DNA of 64,000 bases from Calditrichales bacterium. GTDB taxonomy: Bacteria > Calditrichota > Calditrichia > Calditrichales > J004. The DNA lies in contig OZ254086.1 of the NCBI GenBank assembly GCA_965267575.1, forward strand, positions 4,640,001-4,704,000, given 5' to 3'. The notes beneath the pieces are model-generated. The model was not told the DNA's origin. It did not search any database and worked only from the letters and a program-made list of their open reading frames with translations. Made by a program: the position numbers and the translations under genes. Positions within the stretch are counted from its first letter, which is position 1. Every line of letters starts with the position of its first letter. Shown here in pieces: positions 49,599 to 59,263 of the stretch.

Positions 49599-52251
49599 CA
49601 ACCTGTTCCCCACTCTTCTGATCCTGTTATGCTTGTCTGTTTCTGCCATCGCGGAAACGGACGCGCAAACGCGGCAACGGTTTGAAGGCCTCATAGACAA
49701 AGCCAATTCCCACCTTACTTTCGATTCGGAAAAACGGATGCCGTATCTGGATTCCGCCCTTGTTATTGCAAAGCAAACGGATAACCCGGCACTGCTTGAA
49801 ACCATTTACTATGAAATCGGCGTAACGCTTCTTTTGGGCTATAAGCTTGAAGCCTCGCTTGACAGCCTCAATAAAGGTCTGCACTATTCTGCCTTAAATG
49901 ATTATAGAAAACGGGGCGATATTTTGTACAGAATAGCCAGTGTTCTTTTTCAAATGGATCGTTATTCGGAAGCTTTGGAGGTTATCTCAGAAATTGAAAA
50001 TGACCCCACCGGAACAAACAAGAATGCCCTGATAAAAAGTATTGCCATGAAGGGTCAGATATATTACTACCTGGATTTATTGGATCTGGCATACAGCACC
50101 TTAATGCGCACAAAAGAGCTGAGCGGAGAAGAATTGCATCGAAAAGCCGCCATTACCCTTGGCAGCGTATTAATGGATCTGAAAAGATACGAAGAAGCTA
50201 TTAAGTCGTATGAGACCGCCTGGAAAGGTTATGAAAAAGAGACGTCCAATGTTTTGGTGAAGAGTTTTATTCTTTACCGGATGGGCAGGCTATACAGTTT
50301 TGTCGGTAACAGGGACAAATCGCGCGAGCTGTACGAGCGGGCCCTGGAATATGTTAACATGGGTAACAAGGTCAATAACGCCTATTACCGCATGAATATA
50401 TATATCTACATGATTAAAACGGAATTGGATTTTGGCTACCTCAAGAATGCCGTTGATTACATGAAGCTGTTTGAAAACGAAAATCTCGATAATCCCGAAG
50501 TGAACAGCCAGTACCTGCGTTTGTGGGCGGAAATATATAAGAAAAAAGCCGAGGCCGACAGCGCCCTATACTATTTGCGACGAACAGCAAAAATTGAAGA
50601 GGAAAGGCGCGGCGGGCTGAATGTCGAAAGCTTCAGGGTTGGCTACATGGGGCTAAAGGCTTATATATATCGTGATATGGCCTCTCTTTTCCTAAAGAAA
50701 TATAAACAGGACACAACACAAAAAGCGCTCGTCGATTCAGCGTTTCACTATCTCTCCTCGGTTCAGAACCGCGCCGCCGAAGATTTTATTAAACAACGAA
50801 AAAGCGGTCTTGTCGAAACAAGCAAAGACAGTATCTACATCGAAGCCCGGCAAAAAGTAGAGCACCTGCAAAAGAGATTGCGCAGCGTTTTTGACAGGCA
50901 GGAGCGCTCAAAACTTCTGGAAAAGCTGGAATATGCCCGTTATGATCTGCTGGACAGCCGCATGCATCTTGTCGATTCGGTTACACTGAGCCAGAAACAG
51001 ATTTTGCGTTCAACCGATGAAATGCGCGGCGCTCTGAGAAAACTGGATGCAAACGCGGTTGTTTATTTTTTACATAACGATGAGAGCCATGCGTTTCTGC
51101 TGACGCCGGAAAAAGAAGAGCTTATATCGCTGCCGGCCCATCCGGATACGATAAGCAAACATGTGGAATTATTGATGAAGCCGTTTGCTGAAATCCCGGA
51201 AAGCGCCAACATACCCTTTAACGCCTCTTCTGCCCATTTCCTTTACCGTGCCCTGGTTTTTCCCGTAGAAAAATTTTTCAGCCGCAAAACAATTATCCTC
51301 ATACCGGACGGCTCTTTGCAATCACTTTCGTTTTCCATGCTTTTAAAAGAGCAGCCGCGGCGCGATTACTTCTACCCCGGTGAAAGCGATATTCCGGACA
51401 GTAGCTTTCTTGTAATGGACTACGACATGAGCTATGCGCCGGGCACCAACTGGTATCAGAATCTGTCGATTGCGGAAAGCCGTTTTAATCCGCATAACGT
51501 GGCTGCCTTCGGAGCCGTTGAAAGCATCCCCGGCGTGCAGACGTCACAGTCGCGCTTTGCCAGCTTTGGCCTGTGGGCGCCTCTGCTTTACGCCCGCAAA
51601 GAGTTGGATCAGCTTAAAAGCCTGCTACCGGACATAAAGATTTTCAGCGATGAGGCTGCTACGCCAACGCAGTTCTTCTCACAGCTGAAGCAGGCCGATG
51701 TAGTGCACCTTGCCAGCCACGCCTTTGCTGACACTACCTATGACGCTTTCTCCGGTCTGGTCCTGTCCGCAGAGGAAGATAACGACGGACTCGTTATGGG
51801 GTATGAAATGGATCGCCGTATTGTCTCAAGCAAGCTGATCACGCTGAGCGCCTGCGAAACCGGGCGCGGGCAAATTGTATCGGGCGAAGGTGTTCTGGGC
51901 ATGCCGCGCCTGTTTCTACGCAGCGGCGCCCAAACCATTGTAATGACACTCTGGCGCATAGACGATCGCTTTACCGCTGATTTTATGCCACAATTTTACG
52001 ATGCCTTGCTGACACAAAAATTGGCCGCGGGTCCGGCTCTGTCCGAAACTCAACGCCGGGTTTTAAAAGGCACGAAGCAACAGTACAAACACCCGGTTTA
52101 CTGGGCGGCCTTTAATGTATACGGGAACGCACACCTGCAAGCCGAACCGGAAAGCAAACAAAACTACCTGTTGGTTTTTGCCGCGATTATCGTTTTTCTT
52201 TTTTCCGCATACTATCTGACAAAAAGAGCCGCGCAACGACACTCCTCCTGA
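49522..52251 (+). CDS. TPR plus CHAT (caspase-like) protease, exported and C-terminally membrane anchored; start uncertain
   Basis: Signal-like LFPTLLILLCLSVSAIA, TPR repeats, LIPDGSL, VVHLASHA (His), LITLSACETGRG (Cys), TLWRIDD, HPVYWAAF, C-terminal TM. Confidence 0.92.
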   Translation: MMKLPRINPQLNRTENKRNRIQISNSNLFPTLLILLCLSVSAIAETDAQTRQRFEGLIDKANSHLTFDSEKRMPYLDSALVIAKQTDNPALLETIYYEIGVTLLLGYKLEASLDSLNKGLHYSALNDYRKRGDILYRIASVLFQMDRYSEALEVISEIENDPTGTNKNALIKSIAMKGQIYYYLDLLDLAYSTLMRTKELSGEELHRKAAITLGSVLMDLKRYEEAIKSYETAWKGYEKETSNVLVKSFILYRMGRLYSFVGNRDKSRELYERALEYVNMGNKVNNAYYRMNIYIYMIKTELDFGYLKNAVDYMKLFENENLDNPEVNSQYLRLWAEIYKKKAEADSALYYLRRTAKIEEERRGGLNVESFRVGYMGLKAYIYRDMASLFLKKYKQDTTQKALVDSAFHYLSSVQNRAAEDFIKQRKSGLVETSKDSIYIEARQKVEHLQKRLRSVFDRQERSKLLEKLEYARYDLLDSRMHLVDSVTLSQKQILRSTDEMRGALRKLDANAVVYFLHNDESHAFLLTPEKEELISLPAHPDTISKHVELLMKPFAEIPESANIPFNASSAHFLYRALVFPVEKFFSRKTIILIPDGSLQSLSFSMLLKEQPRRDYFYPGESDIPDSSFLVMDYDMSYAPGTNWYQNLSIAESRFNPHNVAAFGAVESIPGVQTSQSRFASFGLWAPLLYARKELDQLKSLLPDIKIFSDEAATPTQFFSQLKQADVVHLASHAFADTTYDAFSGLVLSAEEDNDGLVMGYEMDRRIVSSKLITLSACETGRGQIVSGEGVLGMPRLFLRSGAQTIVMTLWRIDDRFTADFMPQFYDALLTQKLAAGPALSETQRRVLKGTKQQYKHPVYWAAFNVYGNAHLQAEPESKQNYLLVFAAIIVFLFSAYYLTKRAAQRHSS

Positions 52252-52287
52252 TATTCTTTATTTTATTTCAAAAAAATAGTTTTTTAG

Positions 52288-52315
52288 TGAGAGATTTCTG
52301 TCCGGGCTTTGCTCT
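52288..52315 (+). promoter_or_regulatory. TGAGA-N19-CTCT candidate ECF promoter upstream of a putative sRNA
   Basis: TGAGA gatttctgtccgggctttg CTCT attaaaagtAAACA. Confidence 0.55.
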
Positions 52316-52321
52316 ATTAAA

Positions 52322-52400
52322 GTAAACAAGCAAAAGCCCGGTCGACCGGGCCTGTCAGGAGTCGCTGCCTCACCCCCTCTGGGCGGGGGCTCCTTTTTTT
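52322..52400 (+). ncRNA. Putative ~80-nt structured small RNA
   Basis: Follows the motif; hairpin GCCCGGTCGACCGGGC, then GGAG..CCCCC/GGGGG CTCC stem ending in T7; no ORF. Confidence 0.35.
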
Positions 52401-52427
52401 ACCTCCCAGCACCACACCTCCGGGCAA

Positions 52428-52459
52428 CACGGACGATCAGAAATGGTCGTCCGTTTTTT
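52428..52459 (+). terminator. Intrinsic terminator
   Basis: ACGGACGATCA-GAAA-TGGTCGTCCGT then T-run. Confidence 0.75.
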
Positions 52460-52710
52460 GTTGGCAAATATTTACATTTATCAACAAATGTTTGCACCTT
52501 TGTTTCATTTTTGTTAGATATGACGTTAACTATTCGCTTAGCTCAACCAATAATCAATATTTCATTTAGATTTTGTTGTCAACTCAGGGGGGAGTCAATG
52601 ACAGCCTTTATTCCACATAGTGGTATTTTGTGGCCTTTTCCACGTGGACCGTAGCTTCCTTTCATATTCTTAAACGTCCATCTATCAACCCTTGTATGAA
52701 AGGAATAAAT

Positions 52711-55653
52711 ATGACATCTTTTCTACGATTTAGCAGGCACACCTTATTAGGTTTGCTTTTTTTCGGATCTTCATTGATCGCACAAAGTCTTAATATCGAA
52801 GGTATTGTTGTAGGTGATCTTGATTCCGAGCCCTTACCCGGCGTTAACGTTCAGGTAAAAGATACGTTCTTTGGAACAGCCACGGATCTTGACGGCTATT
52901 TCAAGTTAGAACTTGACAATATGGAGTCTGCCACCCTGGTTTTCTCCTTTGTCGGTTACAAAACCAAGGAAATAGAAGTGAGTGAGAGCTCCAAAAACAT
53001 GCTTATCCGCTTGGAAGAAGACGTGTTTCGCGGCTCCGAGATTGTTGTAACGGGTTTGGCGGCTTCGGTAAAGCGCGAAAACTTGGCCAATTCAGTTGCT
53101 TCAGTAAGCGCGGAAGAACTGCTGCCCGCCCCTACCCAATCAATGGAATCAGCCCTTAGCGGCAAATTCGCCGGTATATCCGTTAGCCAGAATACGGGCG
53201 CTCCTGGCGGTGGTATCAATGTAAACCTGCGCGGCGTCTCTACCATTGAAGGCAGCACTCAGCCACTGTATGTCGTTGACGGTGTAATTGTTAACAACTC
53301 TGCGATACAATCCGGTATTGATATTGTGACTGCTGCTACCGGAGCAGGCAGCCGAAATCCACAGGGCCAGCCGGTTAACCGTGTCGCGGACATAAATCCC
53401 AACGATATTCAGAACATCGAGGTTCTGAAAGGAGCGAGCGCCGCGGCTATCTATGGCTCAAAGGCATCAAACGGCGTGGTTATCATTACAACCAAGAAAG
53501 GCCAGGCCGGACATACACGCATAAACTTTCGCCAGCAAACCGGTTTCAGCACGATCCTCAACAAGCTGGGCACACGCAAGTTCACGGCAGAAACGGCAGA
53601 AGAGACTTATGGACCGCAGGGTCGTGAATTATACGAAGCCAATGGAGGGCGTTTCATCGATCAGGAAGAAGTGCTCTATGGTGAAGAAGGTTTGCTTAGT
53701 CTTACCAGCCTTAATATTTCGGGCGGCAACAACCGTACAAGCTTTTATGTTTCCGGCACGCTTCAGGATGACCAGGGAATTATTAAGAATTCGGGTTACC
53801 AGAGAGCAGCGGGAAACCTGAGCCTCAGTCACAAATTTAGCGAGAAACTGGATGTGGATGTTAACGCCTCTTTGATTCGCACGCGCGCCGACCGCGGCAT
53901 CACGGGTAATGACAACACCAATACTACTTTTGGCTTTTCGCTTGCCTTTACACCAAGCTTTATTGATTTAAGGCCTAAGAACGGTGATTATCCGGACCAT
54001 CCCTTTAATCCGTCCAATCCCGTTCATACGAGGGATGTTTTAACCAACCGCGAAGAAGTAACACGCACCATTAACTCGATGCGTCTTAAGTACAACGTGA
54101 TGCGCACGGAAACTCAAAACCTCGATTTTATTGTGCAATCCGGTTTTGATTACTTCACACAGCAAAACGATGTAGTTTCCCCGCCGGTTCTGCAATTTGA
54201 ACGCAACTCCAGTAACCCGGGTCGTTCGCTGGATGGTAAAACAACCAACCTGAGTTGGAATATGTACTTCAACCTGGCGCACCTGTTTATTATGGGAGAC
54301 ATGTCTTTTCAGACATCCGCCGGATTACAGTTTGAAAACCTGGAACAGGACAATGTACTTGTCTCCAGCCGTGGTATTACTCCCACGCAAACAAACATTA
54401 CACAGGCAGCTGCTGTTGACGTTTTCCAGACCAGCATCCGTCAATATGACCGCGGTTTTTATGTGCAGGAAGAATTCAATTATGCAGATATGTTGTTCCT
54501 GAATGCCGGACTCCGTGCCGACCGAAGCAGTGCGCACGGCGATGTAGAAAAATTCTTTATGTATCCGAAAGCTGCGGCTTCCCTACGGATTTCCGAGATG
54601 GATTTCTGGGCCAATATGCAAGAAACTCTTAGCGAGTTTAAGGTACGCGTCGCCTACGGTGAAACCGGCAACGCGCCGCCCCCGCTTGCCAAATATGTTG
54701 AATTGACCCCGAATAATATCGACGGTTCCGCAGGAGCCTGGTTTAAACAACTTCGCGGTAATAAAGATATTAAGCCGGAGCGGACCCGTGAAGTGGAAGT
54801 CGGTTTTGACGCAACCATTATGCAGGATCTGGCTAATATTGAATTCAGCTATTACCGCCAGGACATAACCGATCTCATCATAACGCCAGACCTGCCGTCT
54901 TCATCCGGTTTTACGGAAGAATATGTTAACGCCGGTGAAATGTTGACCCAGGGTCTGGAATTGGGCATACGCGCTATTCCGGTGCGAACGGCCAACTTCC
55001 GTTGGAACTCGACTGTAAGCTGGTACAAAACCTGGTCTGAAATTACAAAACTCGACGTGGATCCTTTTAATATCGGTGGTTTTGCTACATTCCTGGGCAC
55101 CTATCGGATTCAGGAAGGCTGGTCTCCGACTGCAATCGTAGGTGCGGAGCGCAATCCGGATGGTTCCTTTGTGGAAATCGGCAATGAAACGCCGGATTTT
55201 GAACTCGGCTTTAATAATCGTTTTACCCTTTCTGATTTTGAATTTGGTTTCCATTTTCACTGGAAAGAAGGCGGCGACGTTATCAACCTTGGTAAACTGA
55301 TCACCGACCTTGGCGGTACAACGGAAGATTATGACACCGGCGCCGCGGCCGCGCGTTTGGATGCGTTGGGGACTTCTACTTCACAATACGTTGAAGACGG
55401 AACGTATATAAAACTGCGTGAAGCTTATGTTACGTATAATGTACCCGCTACATTTCTGGAAGGTGCATTTGGCCATATGGTACACTATATGCGCCTTGGG
55501 CTCACAGGACGTAACCTTTTTATGATCACGGACTATACGGGCTATGATCCGGAAGTGAGTCAGTTTGGTAACGTAGCTATCGGCCGTTCCGTCGATACCA
55601 TTCCTTTCCCGTCATCGCGCAGCTTCTATTTCACAGTCGCTTTAGGCCTATAA
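52711..55653 (+). CDS. susC: SusC/RagA-family TonB-dependent receptor
   Basis: CarboxypepD-like N-domain, QPLYVVDGV, DINPNDIQNIEVLKGASAAAIYGSKASNGVVIITTKKG, YTGYDPEV; start moved to ATG 52711. Confidence 0.95.
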   Translation: MTSFLRFSRHTLLGLLFFGSSLIAQSLNIEGIVVGDLDSEPLPGVNVQVKDTFFGTATDLDGYFKLELDNMESATLVFSFVGYKTKEIEVSESSKNMLIRLEEDVFRGSEIVVTGLAASVKRENLANSVASVSAEELLPAPTQSMESALSGKFAGISVSQNTGAPGGGINVNLRGVSTIEGSTQPLYVVDGVIVNNSAIQSGIDIVTAATGAGSRNPQGQPVNRVADINPNDIQNIEVLKGASAAAIYGSKASNGVVIITTKKGQAGHTRINFRQQTGFSTILNKLGTRKFTAETAEETYGPQGRELYEANGGRFIDQEEVLYGEEGLLSLTSLNISGGNNRTSFYVSGTLQDDQGIIKNSGYQRAAGNLSLSHKFSEKLDVDVNASLIRTRADRGITGNDNTNTTFGFSLAFTPSFIDLRPKNGDYPDHPFNPSNPVHTRDVLTNREEVTRTINSMRLKYNVMRTETQNLDFIVQSGFDYFTQQNDVVSPPVLQFERNSSNPGRSLDGKTTNLSWNMYFNLAHLFIMGDMSFQTSAGLQFENLEQDNVLVSSRGITPTQTNITQAAAVDVFQTSIRQYDRGFYVQEEFNYADMLFLNAGLRADRSSAHGDVEKFFMYPKAAASLRISEMDFWANMQETLSEFKVRVAYGETGNAPPPLAKYVELTPNNIDGSAGAWFKQLRGNKDIKPERTREVEVGFDATIMQDLANIEFSYYRQDITDLIITPDLPSSSGFTEEYVNAGEMLTQGLELGIRAIPVRTANFRWNSTVSWYKTWSEITKLDVDPFNIGGFATFLGTYRIQEGWSPTAIVGAERNPDGSFVEIGNETPDFELGFNNRFTLSDFEFGFHFHWKEGGDVINLGKLITDLGGTTEDYDTGAAAARLDALGTSTSQYVEDGTYIKLREAYVTYNVPATFLEGAFGHMVHYMRLGLTGRNLFMITDYTGYDPEVSQFGNVAIGRSVDTIPFPSSRSFYFTVALGL

Positions 55654-55671
55654 AAAGAAAGGAAAGAAATA

Positions 55672-56970
55672 ATGAAATCAATCTTAAAAATCAGTTCCGT
55701 CTTTTTTCTGGCCATCCTGTTTACACTTACGGGATGCCAGGATCTCGACTTTCCCAGTCCCAACGCGCCGGTTGTAGAAAACGTACCGGATCAGGTGTTG
55801 ATCAGCGGTGCACTTGCCGGCATGCGGACAGACCTTGCGATTTACCTGCGCTCCGTCGGCTCTGTTGGGCGAGAAGTCTATTATTTTGAACCTGCAGACC
55901 CGCGCTACAGCGGAAACCTGTTAACGGCCAAACCGGACCCGGGCGGCTTTCTTGTGCAGCGCCCCTGGACGGCACGCTACCGGGTAATTCTTAATTGCAA
56001 CACGCTTATTGAAAGGGCTGAGTCGCGCTCAGGCGCGGGAGCCAACGGGCTAATTGGATTCGCTAAAACAATCAAAGCCTATCAGTTGCTTATGAATATC
56101 AGTTACATGTGGAGCAACGGCGTTAAGATCATTCAGTCTGATGATATCAATACGCCGGTTGCCACACTTACGGCCAGCCTGGCGGAAATAAATAAGCTTC
56201 TTGATGAAGCCAATACGGCCCTGGGCAATGCCGGTGATGCGTTTGAATTTTCGCTCACATCCGGTTTTGCTGGCTTTGATGATCCGGTAACTTTCGCCAC
56301 ATTTAACCGTGCCTTAAGAGCGCGGGCGGCCGCATATGGGGGTGATTGGGATGGCGTTCTTACAGCCCTGGCCAATTCATTTCTGGATGTGACCGCGCAG
56401 TTGACCGACGGCGTTTACCACGTCTACGGAACCAGCCTCGGCGATCAGACCAATGAAATGTTCGAAACGCCGACGGCATCTTTTGTAAAGCTGATGGCGC
56501 ATCCTTCCTTCCAGGCAGATGCCGAAGCCGGGGATGAGCGCTTCGCTGCCAAAGTGCAGGTGCGTGATTTAAATGCGGACGGTACGCCGGATACAACCAA
56601 GTTCGATGATTTGGTCTCCACAATGGCCGTTACAATTACAAACAGCAACACAGACCCTCTGCCGATTATCCGGAACGAAGAGCTGATTCTGCTGCGTGCT
56701 GAAGCTAACATCCAGAAGGAGTTGTTACCTGCGGCGCAAACGGACATAAACCTGATCCGCGCAGCATATGGGCTTGGTTCCGTAAACCTTACGGACAAGG
56801 CACAGGCAACGACACAAATGCTGCATGAAAGGCGCTATTCGCTGTTCATGGAGGGTCACCGCTGGGTGGATATGAGACGCTACAACCGTCTTGACCAGCT
56901 TCCGCTGGACCGCGACGGTGACGCCGTGCTCGAATCCATGCCACTACCTGAATCCGAAATACCTGATTAA
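55672..56970 (+). CDS. susD: SusD/RagB-family lipoprotein
   Basis: Lipobox LTGC, IIRNEELILLRAEA, ERRYSLFMEGHRWVDMRR. Confidence 0.93.
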   Translation: MKSILKISSVFFLAILFTLTGCQDLDFPSPNAPVVENVPDQVLISGALAGMRTDLAIYLRSVGSVGREVYYFEPADPRYSGNLLTAKPDPGGFLVQRPWTARYRVILNCNTLIERAESRSGAGANGLIGFAKTIKAYQLLMNISYMWSNGVKIIQSDDINTPVATLTASLAEINKLLDEANTALGNAGDAFEFSLTSGFAGFDDPVTFATFNRALRARAAAYGGDWDGVLTALANSFLDVTAQLTDGVYHVYGTSLGDQTNEMFETPTASFVKLMAHPSFQADAEAGDERFAAKVQVRDLNADGTPDTTKFDDLVSTMAVTITNSNTDPLPIIRNEELILLRAEANIQKELLPAAQTDINLIRAAYGLGSVNLTDKAQATTQMLHERRYSLFMEGHRWVDMRRYNRLDQLPLDRDGDAVLESMPLPESEIPD

Positions 56971-56987
56971 TAAGAGGACTCAAAAAA

Positions 56988-57019
56988 CAAAACCCCGGTC
57001 ACTTCGGCCGGGGTTTTTT
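56988..57019. terminator. Bidirectional intrinsic terminator
   Basis: AAAACCCCGGTC-ACTTC-GGCCGGGGTTTTTT. Confidence 0.85.
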
Positions 57020-57093
57020 ATTTTGCACCGGTGCTTTTAATGCACAGAACACATCAAGACTGGATTACACCAAACTGCAAGATGAGATATTCA

Positions 57094-58155
57094 CTAAAGT
57101 TTTATCTCAATTCCAAAGCGTGGTTTGGCGCGGATCTTTCTTTTAAACGGGCTGACGTCATTCACAACAGCATCACCGATGGCGAAGCCGCTTTTTAGTT
57201 CATTGGCAAATTCGAAACTGTATCCGGCAAACGCGTGAATATCGATGCCGCTGACAGCAACACCGCCGCCGACTCCTATGAGGGGTTCAAACAAACTGGC
57301 AATGCGAAAGCCCGCCAGCAGGTGAAAAGAGTTACCAAACGTTTTGTTTTTGGTATCGATCGGGACAAAGTGATAATTGATTACGGCAAAACCGGCCGGG
57401 TCGGCATCCGGTTTGGGCCGCGCGATGATCGTACCGTCATCACCCACGATCAGGTCAACATCGCGCACGCTGGTGACGGCCATAGCCAGACCAAAGCTCC
57501 AGCGCTCTTTGGCCGTATTGTCAAAAACGGTCTGCGCCAGCACCGTCTCCGCCGATAAATCCTTCTTCACCATAATCGACAGATCGCTGAATTTGCGGTA
57601 TGTCTTCGGAACAGTAAACTGCCGCACATCCACCCAGACGCGGTTTTCGCCATCGTAGGCCTGGGCAACGGGCACATCCTGCAGGGTGCCGAAAAGCAAT
57701 CCCAAAAAAGTGGGCAATTGCTGCGAAAATGGAGAATCCTTGGCGGTTGCCATCAGCGAAACAAAAGAACCGGGCTCGTCCGCGGCGGTTATAAAAATAT
57801 AGTATAGATTGTCTTCTTCCAGTCCGTACAACCGCGTGTTAAGAAAATCCGCATTTTCACCATGCAGCATTCCGATGGGCACAAACGAATCTTTAAAATG
57901 AGCAACGGTGATATAATGCGCGTTGGGGTCAAGCTCATAGCCGGCCTCCGTAATTACCTGGCGCAGATTGTAAATGGCGCTGTCCATAAAACCTTCATGA
58001 AACCAGCGGTATGCCTTGCCAAAATATTGCTGCGAATCATCCAGCATGAACGGCGCCCCGCTAACACGCTGCGGTACTAGAATAGTGCGTTCCTGCGCGA
58101 ATGTTGAAACGGCAATAGAAAACAGAACGGTGATAACAAGAAAAAAGCGATACAT
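57094..58155 (-). CDS. Hypothetical exported protein, possible C-terminal outer-membrane beta-strands
   Basis: Signal peptide (TFA-QE); alternating beta-strand pattern ending FGIEIKL. Confidence 0.75.
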   Translation of the reverse strand: MYRFFLVITVLFSIAVSTFAQERTILVPQRVSGAPFMLDDSQQYFGKAYRWFHEGFMDSAIYNLRQVITEAGYELDPNAHYITVAHFKDSFVPIGMLHGENADFLNTRLYGLEEDNLYYIFITAADEPGSFVSLMATAKDSPFSQQLPTFLGLLFGTLQDVPVAQAYDGENRVWVDVRQFTVPKTYRKFSDLSIMVKKDLSAETVLAQTVFDNTAKERWSFGLAMAVTSVRDVDLIVGDDGTIIARPKPDADPAGFAVINYHFVPIDTKNKTFGNSFHLLAGFRIASLFEPLIGVGGGVAVSGIDIHAFAGYSFEFANELKSGFAIGDAVVNDVSPFKRKIRAKPRFGIEIKL

Positions 58156-58235
58156 GAAGCCTCCTGGGTGGTACGTGGATAGCAGAATTTCTTATTTTGA
58201 ACAACCGATGGCAAATGAAACAGGAGATATCAGCA

Positions 58236-59261
58236 ATGAAAGCAATCCGCATACATGAACATGGCTCGGTTGATGTATTGAAAATTGAGGATCTGGCCAT
58301 TCCCGAACCGGGCAAAGGCGAAGTGCGACTGCGGGTAAAATGCGCCGCGCTGAACCACCTTGATGTCTGGGTGCGTAACGGCATTCCGGGTGTCCCTCTG
58401 CCAATAATCATGGGTAATGATGCTGCCGGGATCGTAGACGCCATCGGGCCGGATGTAACCATGGCTGCCGTCGGCGATGAGGTGATCAATGTGCCTATCC
58501 GTGTGCCGCACGGCGACCCGCTGATTGCCCTGAACCGCGAAAACCTGTCGCCGGAATTCAGCATACCCGGCGAGCACATGGACGGCACGCAGGCCGAATA
58601 TATCATCGTGCCGCAGAATTATGTGCTGCCTAAACCGCGCCCGCTAAACTGGGAAGAAGCGGCTGCTTTTCCGCTGGTGGGTATGACGGCTTTTCACATG
58701 CTGATGCGTAAAGAAGCCCTTCCTTCGGGAAGCAAGCTGCTTGTATACGGCGCTTCCAGCGGCGTGGGGCATATGGCGGTTCAGATTGCCAAAGCACTGG
58801 GACACACTGTTATCACCACGGCGGGCAGCGATGAAAAAGTGCAGCAGGCCAAAAAGCTCGGCGCGGACCATGTGATACACTACAAGAAGGAGCCGATCGG
58901 CAAAACAGTACGCGAGATTACAGGCGGGCTGGGCGTGGATTTGGTTCTGGAACACCCCGGCGCCGCGACATGGAAAGATTCGCTGCGCAGCCTGAAAACA
59001 GGTGGCGCAATTGTAACCTGCGGCGCTACTACGGGCCCTAAAGTGGAGATTGACCTGCGGGCCGTGTTCATCAAACACCAGAAAATAATAGGCAGTACGA
59101 TGGGTACATTACAGGACATGAAGGAAGTTTGCCACATGATTGAACAAGGCAGCGTGCGCCCGGTAGTGAGCAAAGTGTACGATTACGAAAGCATCCGCGA
59201 AGCCCATGAAGAGCTGGAAACCGGCGATCACTTCGGCAAACTGGTGATCCGCTTCCCCTGA
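58236..59261 (+). CDS. MDR-family (zinc-binding ADH-like / quinone oxidoreductase) dehydrogenase
   Basis: MKAIRIHEHG, ALNHLDVW, LVYGASSGVG, VTCGATTG, FGKLVI. Confidence 0.92.
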   Translation: MKAIRIHEHGSVDVLKIEDLAIPEPGKGEVRLRVKCAALNHLDVWVRNGIPGVPLPIIMGNDAAGIVDAIGPDVTMAAVGDEVINVPIRVPHGDPLIALNRENLSPEFSIPGEHMDGTQAEYIIVPQNYVLPKPRPLNWEEAAAFPLVGMTAFHMLMRKEALPSGSKLLVYGASSGVGHMAVQIAKALGHTVITTAGSDEKVQQAKKLGADHVIHYKKEPIGKTVREITGGLGVDLVLEHPGAATWKDSLRSLKTGGAIVTCGATTGPKVEIDLRAVFIKHQKIIGSTMGTLQDMKEVCHMIEQGSVRPVVSKVYDYESIREAHEELETGDHFGKLVIRFP

Positions 59262-59263
59262 GG

